Of a stretch of DNA of 45,444 nucleotides, positions 25,452 through 33,506 are shown piece after piece. Numbering within the stretch: position 1 is the first letter of the stretch; every line of letters starts with the position of its first letter. The DNA lies in contig JALVAL010000631.1 of the NCBI GenBank assembly GCA_027011205.1, positions 1-45,444 on the forward strand, given 5' to 3'. Below the pieces are notes generated by a model that saw nothing but the letters and a program-made list of their open reading frames with translations, was not told the DNA's origin and did not search any database. Made by a program: the position numbers and the translations under genes. The DNA comes from Gammaproteobacteria bacterium (GTDB lineage Bacteria > Pseudomonadota > Gammaproteobacteria > GRL18).

Positions 25452-25745
25452 ATGATTAAAATAAATATAGAGCACCCCACTACCATGGCAGCCATTACGG
25501 TGTGGGGTGCCAAAGGCCAAATTGCTATTTTACAAGAGGAATGTGCTGAACTTATATCCGCTACTGCTCGATTTAACAGGGAAAGAACAGGTACGGATCC
25601 TGTTGCAGAAGAGGTGGCGGACGTTATCGTTTCACTCATGTCAGTAATCAATGTCCTGGACATCGAAGAACAAGTTAAATTACATATGAACCACAAAATC
25701 AAACGACTTGAAAGGAGAATTAATGAAATATCCAGCACCGTTTAA
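25452..25745 (+). CDS. mazZ: MazG-like nucleoside triphosphate pyrophosphohydrolase, candidate MazZ.
   Basis: The EExxE and ExxD signatures are ILQEECAELISA and VAEEVADVIVSL. It is a small all-helical protein. The start is uncertain (25422, 25452 or 25485). Confidence 0.55.
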   Translation: MIKINIEHPTTMAAITVWGAKGQIAILQEECAELISATARFNRERTGTDPVAEEVADVIVSLMSVINVLDIEEQVKLHMNHKIKRLERRINEISSTV

Positions 25746-26148
25746 AGATAATGAAGCTTTAAGGATGCAATATATATCTAGATGGGGCATTATATCTATG
25801 AACCGTCAACAATCTGTAGCAGAGCATTGCTACAACGCTATGGTTTATGTTACCAAAATCTGTAAACTGGTAGGCAAATCACCGGAAAAGTATGTGATGT
25901 ACTTGCTTTTTCATGAACTTGATGAAGCATATACTGGAGATATCCCATCACCGCTTAAAGATAAAGAGCCTATTTATTACGGCTGCCCCATATGTAAACT
26001 GGCGGATATGGTTGAAGCATATGTATATCTTAACAATCATTGTAATGATACGTCTGAAATAAGACTATGGGTAAGAAACCGGCTTGAAGAAAAAATGAAA
26101 CCGCTTCTTAAAATGCTCAATCTTAAACTTGAGGACATAACCAAATGA
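25723..26148 (+). CDS. datZ: HD-domain phosphohydrolase (YfbR-like deoxynucleotidase fold), candidate DatZ-type dATP triphosphohydrolase.
   Basis: The motifs are RWGII....QSVAEHCYN, LFHELDEAYTGDIPSPLK (H..HD..E..tGD). An AAAGGAG SD precedes the ATG at 25723. Confidence 0.55.
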   Translation: MKYPAPFKDNEALRMQYISRWGIISMNRQQSVAEHCYNAMVYVTKICKLVGKSPEKYVMYLLFHELDEAYTGDIPSPLKDKEPIYYGCPICKLADMVEAYVYLNNHCNDTSEIRLWVRNRLEEKMKPLLKMLNLKLEDITK

Positions 26149-26732
26149 ACAAATACCTATTTGTAGATACAGAAACCACAGGGTTTAATCCAAGCATTCA
26201 CACGGTGCACCAGGTGGCAGGTATTATTTCCATAGATGGGAAAGAGGTTGATGAGTTCAATTTTGAAATGCGACCACATCCAGATAAGCAAATAGAAGAA
26301 AAGGCCCTGGCGGTTTCAGGACTCAAAATATCTGACGTTATTTCACGAGACCTTACATCTGGCCAGGCATGCACAGAATTTCGGCTGATATTGGAGCAGC
26401 ATGTTGATAAATATAATAAGGCAGATAAATTCATCCTTGTGGCTTATAATGCTTCATTTGATGCAAGTTTTTTGAATGCCTGGTTCAAATCCCATGGTAA
26501 CGACTTCTTTTTTGGTCTGGTTCATGGTGGTGCTTATCTGGATCCGCTACAGTTGGCACTATTCCTGGAGATAAAAGAAAAGAAACGCATATTTCTGCCA
26601 AATCGAAAGCTTGAAACTGTAGCCAGTACCCTGGGGATCAAGCTTGATAACGCACATGATGCTCTGGCAGATATCAGAGCCACAAAGCAAGTGTTATCAG
26701 AACTCTGGAAGAGGTTATTCAAAAATGAGTGA
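26145..26732 (+). CDS. DnaQ-like (DEDDh) 3'-5' exonuclease.
   Basis: Exo I is LFVDTETTG, Exo II is LVAYNASFDASFL and Exo III is NAHDALADIRAT. Confidence 0.8.
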   Translation: MNKYLFVDTETTGFNPSIHTVHQVAGIISIDGKEVDEFNFEMRPHPDKQIEEKALAVSGLKISDVISRDLTSGQACTEFRLILEQHVDKYNKADKFILVAYNASFDASFLNAWFKSHGNDFFFGLVHGGAYLDPLQLALFLEIKEKKRIFLPNRKLETVASTLGIKLDNAHDALADIRATKQVLSELWKRLFKNE

Positions 26733-27027
26733 AAAGACACTTTGGAGATGGTTAAGGGATCATGGGTTTGATGGCCTTCGCATTGAGGGATGCAGCACTC
26801 CGGTGGGCATGCCCGATGTTATCACGCCAGAGGGATTTGTAGAGCTTAAAGACTGGTCAGGAAATACCAGGCACACTCTCACCAGGGAGCAATTAAGTTT
26901 CCTGGAGAAATATGGAGGTAGCTGTATAGTGAAAACTAAAACCGGTGTATACCAAATAAAAGACTGTTTTGAAAATTTGCTGGAATATTGCCCTGAATGG
27001 GTTGAAAAACATGGAAGAAAAGTTTAA
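26725..27027 (+). CDS. VRR-NUC domain nuclease.
   Basis: The PD-(D/E)xK pattern GMPDVITPEGFVELKDWSGN...LTREQLSFLEKYGG matches. The ATG at 26725 overlaps the end of the upstream gene. Confidence 0.6.
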   Translation: MSEKTLWRWLRDHGFDGLRIEGCSTPVGMPDVITPEGFVELKDWSGNTRHTLTREQLSFLEKYGGSCIVKTKTGVYQIKDCFENLLEYCPEWVEKHGRKV

Positions 27028-27313
27028 ATTCAAAAAACCCGTACTTTCACCAGAACAGAAGTTGATCGTTGCTATTATAAAGCAAGCTATACGAGATTCA
27101 AAACTTAAACCAGGGATCAATATGGAGCAAGATGCCTGTATTCAGTCTGCCAAGGACTTTTTATCTGGTGGAAGTGGTATGCTGCAAATGTACTTGGAAT
27201 TGCTTGGGATAGATGCTGAATCTGGTATACAAATAATAAATCGAATGATTAAAAAAATAAATAAACCAGACGGTAGACATGACACAAAACACTTACAGGC
27301 TCGTAATAAATAA
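27011..27313 (+). CDS. Hypothetical protein.
   Basis: A 100-aa ORF from an internal ATG that overlaps the VRR-NUC stop region. I recognised no motif. Confidence 0.45.
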   Translation: MEEKFKFKKPVLSPEQKLIVAIIKQAIRDSKLKPGINMEQDACIQSAKDFLSGGSGMLQMYLELLGIDAESGIQIINRMIKKINKPDGRHDTKHLQARNK

Positions 27314-27335
27314 AAATGTAGGAGGAATTGAGATA

Positions 27336-27524
27336 ATGAGAATAATGTTGTTAATGATAGTGCTGTGTTTTATGGTGATATTTTTATTGCTCCCATTGTA
27401 TCATGCAGCTAATGGAAACTTTGTTGGGATATTGATAGTAATTGGAGAAATATTATTGTTTTTTCATGGGTATGAGTTTGTAAAAAAATCACAAAAACAA
27501 GCAAAAGAAGAGGCATCGATATGA
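27336..27524 (+). CDS. Small membrane protein with two hydrophobic segments and a charged C-terminus (holin-like architecture).
   Basis: The product reads MRIMLLMIVLCFMVIFLLLPLY...FVGILIVIGEILLFFHGY..KKSQKQAKEE. A GGAGG SD precedes it. Confidence 0.5.
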   Translation: MRIMLLMIVLCFMVIFLLLPLYHAANGNFVGILIVIGEILLFFHGYEFVKKSQKQAKEEASI

Positions 27525-27697
27525 ATTTTATACCGATTAGTTACTACTACACTTGGTTAATTCATGAAGATATGTCAATTGAGCAAACATTATGGCATAT
27601 AAGACAGGCGTTTCGTGAAGGCCAAATATCCCTAATAGAGTATCAAAGACTTTTTAACCATGTAAAAAGTATAGAAAAAGAAAATTTTGGAGAATGA
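27521..27697 (+). CDS. Small hypothetical protein of 58 aa, absent from the ORF track.
   Basis: Hand translation gives MNFIPISYYYTWLIHEDMSIEQTLWHIRQAFREGQISLIEYQRLFNHVKSIEKENFGE. ATGA start/stop overlaps at both ends (27521-27524 and 27694-27697) suggest translational coupling. Confidence 0.4.
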   Translation: MNFIPISYYYTWLIHEDMSIEQTLWHIRQAFREGQISLIEYQRLFNHVKSIEKENFGE

Positions 27698-27909
27698 CAA
27701 TGATGAAAATAATAATAACAATTGTTATGATAGCCTGTATGATATTTTTTATATTAAATGCCAATGTTATAATTACTAAGGTATTCGGCCCTGTTAAAAT
27801 GCCGTTTGAAGTAAAAGCCTGTATGGAACGCCATGCAAATATGATCCATTGTGATAAGCAGTATGATTATTGGTTTTCATGGTGTCACCATGAAAATAGA
27901 TATTTTTAA
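27694..27909 (+). CDS. Small membrane-anchored Cys/His-rich protein.
   Basis: The N-terminal hydrophobic segment is MMKIIITIVMIACMIFFILNANVII. The product is 71 aa. Confidence 0.45.
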   Translation: MTMMKIIITIVMIACMIFFILNANVIITKVFGPVKMPFEVKACMERHANMIHCDKQYDYWFSWCHHENRYF

Positions 27910-27928
27910 TATATGGAGAAGATTGAAA

Positions 27929-28405
27929 ATGAGAAGTTGGAATAGTTATTTTAGAAACATAGTAAGAGAAGTATCAGGGCGCAGTAATTGTGTCAAACGA
28001 CAAGTAGGCTGTGTGATTGTAAAGGACAAACGCATAATCGCTACTGGATACAATGGCCTACCTTCAGGCTTTCCAAATTGCAATGAAAACGGATGTTTGT
28101 ATCCCACACGAAAAAGCGGAGAGTCCTTAAACAAAATACCGTGTATCCATGCAGAAGAAAACGCTCTGCTTCAATGTGCCATGTACGGAGTGTCTTGTAA
28201 AGGAGCTACTGCTTATGTTAGCATAACACCCTGTAATACCTGTTTAACTAAGATGATCCAAGCAGGTATTCATACCATATTCGTTGAGAAATTTTATTAC
28301 TTGGGAGAAGATGAAGAATCACAGCGAATATGGCTGCTTGAACAAGCCAAACAATGTAACGGATTTCAATTGATATTATTACCCAAGATAGAAATTGAAA
28401 AATAA
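27929..28405 (+). CDS. Deoxycytidylate (dCMP) deaminase.
   Basis: The zinc motifs CIHAEENAL and TPCNTCLKMI-type (PCxxC) are present, and the ComEB-like N-terminus is W..YF...A..VS.RS.C.KRQVGCVIV. I chose the internal ATG at 27929. Confidence 0.85.
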   Translation: MRSWNSYFRNIVREVSGRSNCVKRQVGCVIVKDKRIIATGYNGLPSGFPNCNENGCLYPTRKSGESLNKIPCIHAEENALLQCAMYGVSCKGATAYVSITPCNTCLTKMIQAGIHTIFVEKFYYLGEDEESQRIWLLEQAKQCNGFQLILLPKIEIEK

Positions 28406-28846
28406 TCAGGAGCCGAAACAAGTATAAAACAAATGGTCTCCTACCTTATATAAGTATTCAATTTTTTTAGCCCACGAAGGATGTACATCAACCCCATGGT
28501 AGTGTGTGGGCTTTCTCTTTACCATGTCATTCAACATTCCTGTATAAACTGCATGAGCAATAAGACTGTTTTCTCTCCATATGTAATCAACTTCTCTTTT
28601 CCGATGAATGATTCTCATTATATTACTATCCTGAAAACAGGAGAATTGCGTTGGAGCAAGGATGATTTCTCGAAGATTTCTTCCCCAATTCCAATGCCCT
28701 GGATGTTTTGACCTTTCCATAGCACACATAGCAACTAATACACGTCCTTCCCAGGATTGGTCTTCTGCTTCTCCGACAATGAGCCCGGACAACAGTTCTA
28801 AATCACTCCATGTCTGTATTTCGTGCCTTATATTTATAACATTCAT
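28406..28846 (-). CDS. Endolysin, SleB-type cell wall hydrolase (Hydrolase_2 family).
   Basis: The motifs are LIVGEAEDQSWEGRVLVAMCAMERS and LAPTQFSCF. There is no signal peptide. It is the last gene of the leftward arm. Confidence 0.7.
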   Translation of the reverse strand: MNVINIRHEIQTWSDLELLSGLIVGEAEDQSWEGRVLVAMCAMERSKHPGHWNWGRNLREIILAPTQFSCFQDSNIMRIIHRKREVDYIWRENSLIAHAVYTGMLNDMVKRKPTHYHGVDVHPSWAKKIEYLYKVGDHLFYTCFGS

Positions 28847-28988
28847 CTAATATCCTTTCAATATCAGCTATATCGTCTTTGATAATACCCAAACAATATT
28901 TTCCGTAAGATTTTTGCAAATTGTACTGAATGGTTATCAATTTAGTTCTTATGACATGGTTTGCTTTAAGACATTTTTTACTTATCAT
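28803..28988 (-). CDS. Small hypothetical protein.
   Basis: The 61-aa ORF has an ATGA overlap with the upstream stop at 28985-28988. No motif was recognised. Confidence 0.35.
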   Translation of the reverse strand: MISKKCLKANHVIRTKLITIQYNLQKSYGKYCLGIIKDDIADIERILDECYKYKARNTDME

Positions 28989-29314
28989 ACTATCTGAAAA
29001 ACACCTTTTCTGATTGTACGTTTGTTTGATGAGGTGTCAAACATAGCAATTCGATAATAATATCTTCCAGGTGATAAATCGGAGGTGTCAGATTCTTGAG
29101 GAGTGAATGACAATTCTCCTGTGTTATTAGTTTGATCTGGGTCGACAACGCCGTTCACAGAAAAAATAATAGGAGAGCCGGAATCCTCTTTTGACACTGA
29201 CATGGTAAAAGTATATCCGGTTAGATTAATTTTCTCTCCTGTACTCTTATTCTTAATAGTTAGCTGAATTGGGTAATGATCCCCTGCAGCCCATTCTATA
29301 TCTCTAAGGTCCAT
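28985..29314 (-). CDS. Small beta-sandwich (Ig-like) protein, probably virion-associated.
   Basis: The 109-aa product shows the pattern P.QLTIKN...G..INLTGYTFTMSV....G....F.V.G.V......G.L.F.......L.PG.Y.Y.I, typical of phage Ig-like or fiber accessory domains. Confidence 0.4.
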   Translation of the reverse strand: MDLRDIEWAAGDHYPIQLTIKNKSTGEKINLTGYTFTMSVSKEDSGSPIIFSVNGVVDPDQTNNTGELSFTPQESDTSDLSPGRYYYRIAMFDTSSNKRTIRKGVFQIV

Positions 29315-29496
29315 GATAATTCCTCACATATTTCAATACAATATGGCTCAATTGATATTATTTCAGGATCCATTTCTATGTTGTAAATAGGGGTCGAACA
29401 AGAAAGATCTATGTTTTGATCAAATGAAATTTCAATCCATTCTTTCAATATGACTTGAGAAGATTCGCTGCTTTCACTATCATATCCGTCTGTCAT
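29296..29496 (-). CDS. Small acidic hypothetical protein.
   Basis: I chose the internal ATG at 29496 because it forms an ATGA overlap with the stop of the 29493..29645 ORF. Confidence 0.35.
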   Translation of the reverse strand: MTDGYDSESSESSQVILKEWIEISFDQNIDLSCSTPIYNIEMDPEIISIEPYCIEICEELSWTLEI

Positions 29497-29645
29497 ATAC
29501 ATCTTACATAATCCTCTGCTCCGCACCAAGGACAGAACCATTTTCTGTCTTTAACAGATCCTTCAATATGAGCATCTCCTATTGACCACCATCTATTGCA
29601 TTTCACACATTGGAAATGATATAATATCTCTCTTTTTATTTTCAT
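29493..29645 (-). CDS. Zinc-ribbon protein of 50 aa, absent from the ORF track.
   Basis: Hand translation gives MKIKREILYHFQCVKCNRWWSIGDAHIEGSVKDRKWFCPWCGAEDYVRCI (CxxC...CxxC). ATGA overlaps occur at both ends. Confidence 0.45.
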   Translation of the reverse strand: MKIKREILYHFQCVKCNRWWSIGDAHIEGSVKDRKWFCPWCGAEDYVRCI

Positions 29646-30295
29646 GTACTATAAATCTTAATAGTTTGGGTTAGTTGTCCGCCAGACACAACCTTATCAA
29701 GCAAAGTTTCCCCAGTGTCTGGGTCTGTGACAATGATTCTGTTGGGTCTTCTTTCTTCGTCTCCAGCCAGTCTTCTTCTTATCCAATCAAGTTTATGCTG
29801 CTCTTCTGGTGACAGTCCGCTGCCTGTATTAACGATATAACTCAAAAGGTCTGCCGCACCTTCCAGTCTCGCTATCGGAGGCGGAACACAATCAATCCGA
29901 TCATTATCGAAAAGGGAATTGTCTGATTGAGCATACAGATTTCCCTTAAATCGAGTCTCATGAGGATAATTAGCCAGAACGATCTTCCAACCGTTATCGT
30001 TTAAGAGGGTGAAATCAACCGATTGGTAAAGTTCATTTCCTTGCTCGTCGTAGCCTCGGAAAGCCCCACCTGACCGGCCAAAAGCTAACAGCCCCCATTG
30101 ATGAGCAAAAGCCCAATCAACCCAACGGCTCCAGAGGTCTTTTTTAATATCTACATATACCAGAGCGTCTGCAGACGGATCGGTGCTGGTGTAAATACGG
30201 TAGCCGTTTGGGTCTGTTGTATATGTAGGATGAGGCGGAACCTCATATATCCGCCTCAAATCCCCGTCGAAATACCAAGTAGGAGAGGCCATCAA
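29642..30295 (-). CDS. Hypothetical late protein, possibly structural or a fiber accessory.
   Basis: It is a 217-aa ORF in the late arm with no recognised motif. Confidence 0.5.
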   Translation of the reverse strand: MMASPTWYFDGDLRRIYEVPPHPTYTTDPNGYRIYTSTDPSADALVYVDIKKDLWSRWVDWAFAHQWGLLAFGRSGGAFRGYDEQGNELYQSVDFTLLNDNGWKIVLANYPHETRFKGNLYAQSDNSLFDNDRIDCVPPPIARLEGAADLLSYIVNTGSGLSPEEQHKLDWIRRRLAGDEERRPNRIIVTDPDTGETLLDKVVSGGQLTQTIKIYST

Positions 30296-30304
30296 AAACC
30301 TCCA

Positions 30305-31915
30305 TTATGCCGATGTGTAACTTGGATCGGCTTTTGGTGACAAGGTTACAGTCAAGTTTTCATCTTGGATCGTAAAATCCATATCTCCAGGTTCCACATA
30401 ACCTGGTCTGCCCCAGGCTATTGTACAATCAATCGGTGTTCCTGGAGTATGACCATCAACGTCATAGGAGCCATAAGCAATCGTTATTGCGTCGCTCCCC
30501 GTAATAGACACATCTTCTTGATCTGTGCCGTCTTCGTCCTGAAGCGGCACAGCATCATGCGTCCCGAAAGTGTCTTTATGGTAGATGCTGAAATGTCCTC
30601 CAACCAGAATGGACGGAGAACTTATAGTCAGGGCAACGATAGTCGGCCACTGGCGTACAGTACCACTGTGGTCAACAAGACGGAGGTCATTACGTTGTGC
30701 AGCGGGGTAATTAAGCAAATATGAATATACTGTGAAGACATCCCCACTGAATTCTGTAAGGATATTGTGTTTATCTCCCCGAATTGCGTCCCCAGTATTG
30801 TCACTGTTTATGTTGGTAGGTTGTCTGAGAAGGTAGTTAATCTTCTCGTGTATTGTCTGATGGGTTTTATGGTCTCCGTCTATATGACCGTCAAAATCGT
30901 AGGTTGTACCGTCAACATCACCTTGGTACAACCCGTCCGAATCTACATAGTATTTAATGTTTTGATAGTCAGCCCCATTAGCAATCTCTGTATCAGTGTG
31001 ATAAGGCGTCCCCGTTGACGGGTCGGCCAGTTTTGGGTCAATGGCGTTATTTGCTGAAACGGGGTATATTTCAGCGTACTGGAGATCGTGTGCTTCGAAA
31101 ACAATCGTTTTTCCAGGCTCGGCACACCGAGTGTACCATGTTCCCCTCTTATCATCTCCATCAGTATCATGAATAAGGACTAACTGGTTAATGTAACCAG
31201 TCATAACTGCCTCATTAGGGGCATTCATCTCTGGATCATTATAATACCAGAATGTCATTTGATCGGTCGAAGCATGAAGATTGCCTGTTGACCTAAGCAA
31301 CGCATACGCTTTAGTGTAGCTGGATGTTTCTGTTTCTCTGATTTCCAAGGCAGAATCCCTAATAGCATTTAGAGTATCTGAGTCGTGAGGCTCCCAGCCG
31401 TCCTTATTTGCCAGGCTTTTGGCCCTTGGCTCGATAGAGGTGAATACAGACGGATACTTGTCCAAGTCCGTATTATACCATTCGTCAACGCACCACGAGG
31501 CGAAAACCAGCCCTTGAACCCCATCAACAAAGCTCAACCCGTTGGCCTCTAAAAACTGATAAGTCTTTTTAAAAGCAAGGACGTTGATATCAGCCCCTGC
31601 GCTCTCGTCTGCGGAAGCATTGTCAACGTCCGTACAAGTAATGCTATGGGCTGACACCGAGGTAACATCGCCTCGGTAGCCCTCATTTGTACTGTTTGAC
31701 GTGTGACTGAGGGTTATTCTATCCCCAACAACAATTCCCCTGTTTACAATACCTCCGTTTTCCGAGGAGGCTGTAAAATCGGTAGATGTAGAGTTGATTG
31801 TGGTTGTTCCATTCCCATTATTGGTAATACTGATATCAGTACCGCCTTTATCAGCTATATGGAATTTTACATTTGTACCAAGAACAAGACTTGATTTGCT
31901 CGTTATTTTTGCCAT
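30305..31915 (-). CDS. Large late protein, probably a virion fiber or decoration component.
   Basis: It is 536 aa. Its N-terminal module is shared with the tail tube insertion (TINSTSTDF...). Its C-terminal motif TLSPKADPSYTSA is shared with the neighbouring gene. Confidence 0.6.
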   Translation of the reverse strand: MAKITSKSSLVLGTNVKFHIADKGGTDISITNNGNGTTTINSTSTDFTASSENGGIVNRGIVVGDRITLSHTSNSTNEGYRGDVTSVSAHSITCTDVDNASADESAGADINVLAFKKTYQFLEANGLSFVDGVQGLVFASWCVDEWYNTDLDKYPSVFTSIEPRAKSLANKDGWEPHDSDTLNAIRDSALEIRETETSSYTKAYALLRSTGNLHASTDQMTFWYYNDPEMNAPNEAVMTGYINQLVLIHDTDGDDKRGTWYTRCAEPGKTIVFEAHDLQYAEIYPVSANNAIDPKLADPSTGTPYHTDTEIANGADYQNIKYYVDSDGLYQGDVDGTTYDFDGHIDGDHKTHQTIHEKINYLLRQPTNINSDNTGDAIRGDKHNILTEFSGDVFTVYSYLLNYPAAQRNDLRLVDHSGTVRQWPTIVALTISSPSILVGGHFSIYHKDTFGTHDAVPLQDEDGTDQEDVSITGSDAITIAYGSYDVDGHTPGTPIDCTIAWGRPGYVEPGDMDFTIQDENLTVTLSPKADPSYTSA

Positions 31916-31927
31916 CTAAAAATCTCC

Positions 31928-33505
31928 TTAACTATAACTCGGATCGGGCTTAGCAGTGACTGCTATGGTAGAATTGTTTGTATCCAAGGTGAAATTTACG
32001 GGATCAATTACATACCCAGGACACACAAACAATGCTCTTGCCGGATCATCAGACACATCATAGGTATATTCATATTCCCCACCTGTAACAGACGCTTCAT
32101 GGTCGAGGGTATATGCTCCTTGAACCACTCTGGCTTCTGTGTTTTCTGGCAACCCTGTAAAAGTTTTTGTTCGTTTGTTGTAAAGAATGGTATTTCCTCC
32201 GCCTGATTCATTTATCTTTGTCGGGTCAATCTCTGTTCCGTCCTCCTGATAAATCGTCAGAGTGCCTGCGCTATAATGCGTTATTTCCGAGGTGCAGTTA
32301 TCGAATGTATAGTTGCTCAGGTGAACCGTGTCGTCTCCAAGAGTAACGCCATTAAATGAGTAGAAGAGTTTGATATTTTTAGGCGTATTAAGAGATGAAA
32401 TCATGAAATATGTGTTGACGTTAAAAATACAGTCATCCATATTGGCGCCGTTTGCTGTGACCTCATCGCAGAAATTGAACGTCGCTCGGATATAATCAGC
32501 AGAACAGAATTTGAGGCTATGTGCCCCGTAAAGTGTAGATTGATTAACCAGGAACGTGCCTGCAACGGTATGGAAATCCATATCCCATGACACTAAATCT
32601 AGGTCTGCCACCCTGGTAGCATGGTTTGTCCACTTGAGCGTTGTATCGTCGCCGGTGTTGACGAACCCATGAAATTCGTCGCCTGTCGAACTGCTTACAT
32701 TAGAGCCGTCGTAATAGCTATGCGAGGCAAAGATAAACAGCCGTTTGTCTTCCAGCATATAAACAGATTGACCGGTATCGCCCAGGGAGAATTTACCGTT
32801 GAGGAAAAATACTCCATTGTACTCTTCAACGATACCCATACGACGAGATTTGTCTTCTGTATAATCAAGTATCCCTGTTATATCTATCGGGTCGCTTTCC
32901 GTTCCGCCTGCAAACTTGACCCCAGGGCCTTTGTGGAAAATATCTATCCAAAATTCGGGAGAATTTACTCCCGTTAGATTCGAACTAAACTTTGTAATGA
33001 AACCAACAGCCGTCACATCGGACAGGTCAACTGTCCCATTTGTGTTTATTGGAGTCATGCTGGATGGTTTGAACACGTGTCGAGTCCAGCCCGACCGTAG
33101 TGTATCTATCCCTCCCACATAATACTCATTATAGTTACAGGAAGAATCATTCAGAGAATCGCTTGATGTATTTTTAGAAAGAGTCCCAGTATAAATTCTG
33201 AGTCTCAACCCTCCGTTGGCAATCGTGTCAAGATTGCCGAAAATTTTATCCGAGATGTTATACCAACACCACAGATAGTCAGATGATAAATCCTGGCTGG
33301 ATGTAAACTCTATAGCAATTCCCGTAACCCAGGCAGCAGCAAACCCAGGCTTGTAAGCCCCCGCCTGAGAACCCTGCTTGACGATGCTTGTGCTTACAGA
33401 CACATCGCCCGTTGTCCCTCCTATTTCCCATAGGCGATCATCAAGGTTTGATGCCTCGAAATCATCAAGAACGGTTAATTCTTCTATAATGGTAGGAGTT
33501 GCCAT
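31928..33505 (-). CDS. Large late protein, probably a virion fiber or carbohydrate-binding component.
   Basis: It is 525 aa, has a GAGGAG SD, and ends in AVTAKPDPSYS. Confidence 0.6.
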   Translation of the reverse strand: MATPTIIEELTVLDDFEASNLDDRLWEIGGTTGDVSVSTSIVKQGSQAGAYKPGFAAAWVTGIAIEFTSSQDLSSDYLWCWYNISDKIFGNLDTIANGGLRLRIYTGTLSKNTSSDSLNDSSCNYNEYYVGGIDTLRSGWTRHVFKPSSMTPINTNGTVDLSDVTAVGFITKFSSNLTGVNSPEFWIDIFHKGPGVKFAGGTESDPIDITGILDYTEDKSRRMGIVEEYNGVFFLNGKFSLGDTGQSVYMLEDKRLFIFASHSYYDGSNVSSSTGDEFHGFVNTGDDTTLKWTNHATRVADLDLVSWDMDFHTVAGTFLVNQSTLYGAHSLKFCSADYIRATFNFCDEVTANGANMDDCIFNVNTYFMISSLNTPKNIKLFYSFNGVTLGDDTVHLSNYTFDNCTSEITHYSAGTLTIYQEDGTEIDPTKINESGGGNTILYNKRTKTFTGLPENTEARVVQGAYTLDHEASVTGGEYEYTYDVSDDPARALFVCPGYVIDPVNFTLDTNNSTIAVTAKPDPSYS

Positions 33506-33506
33506 A

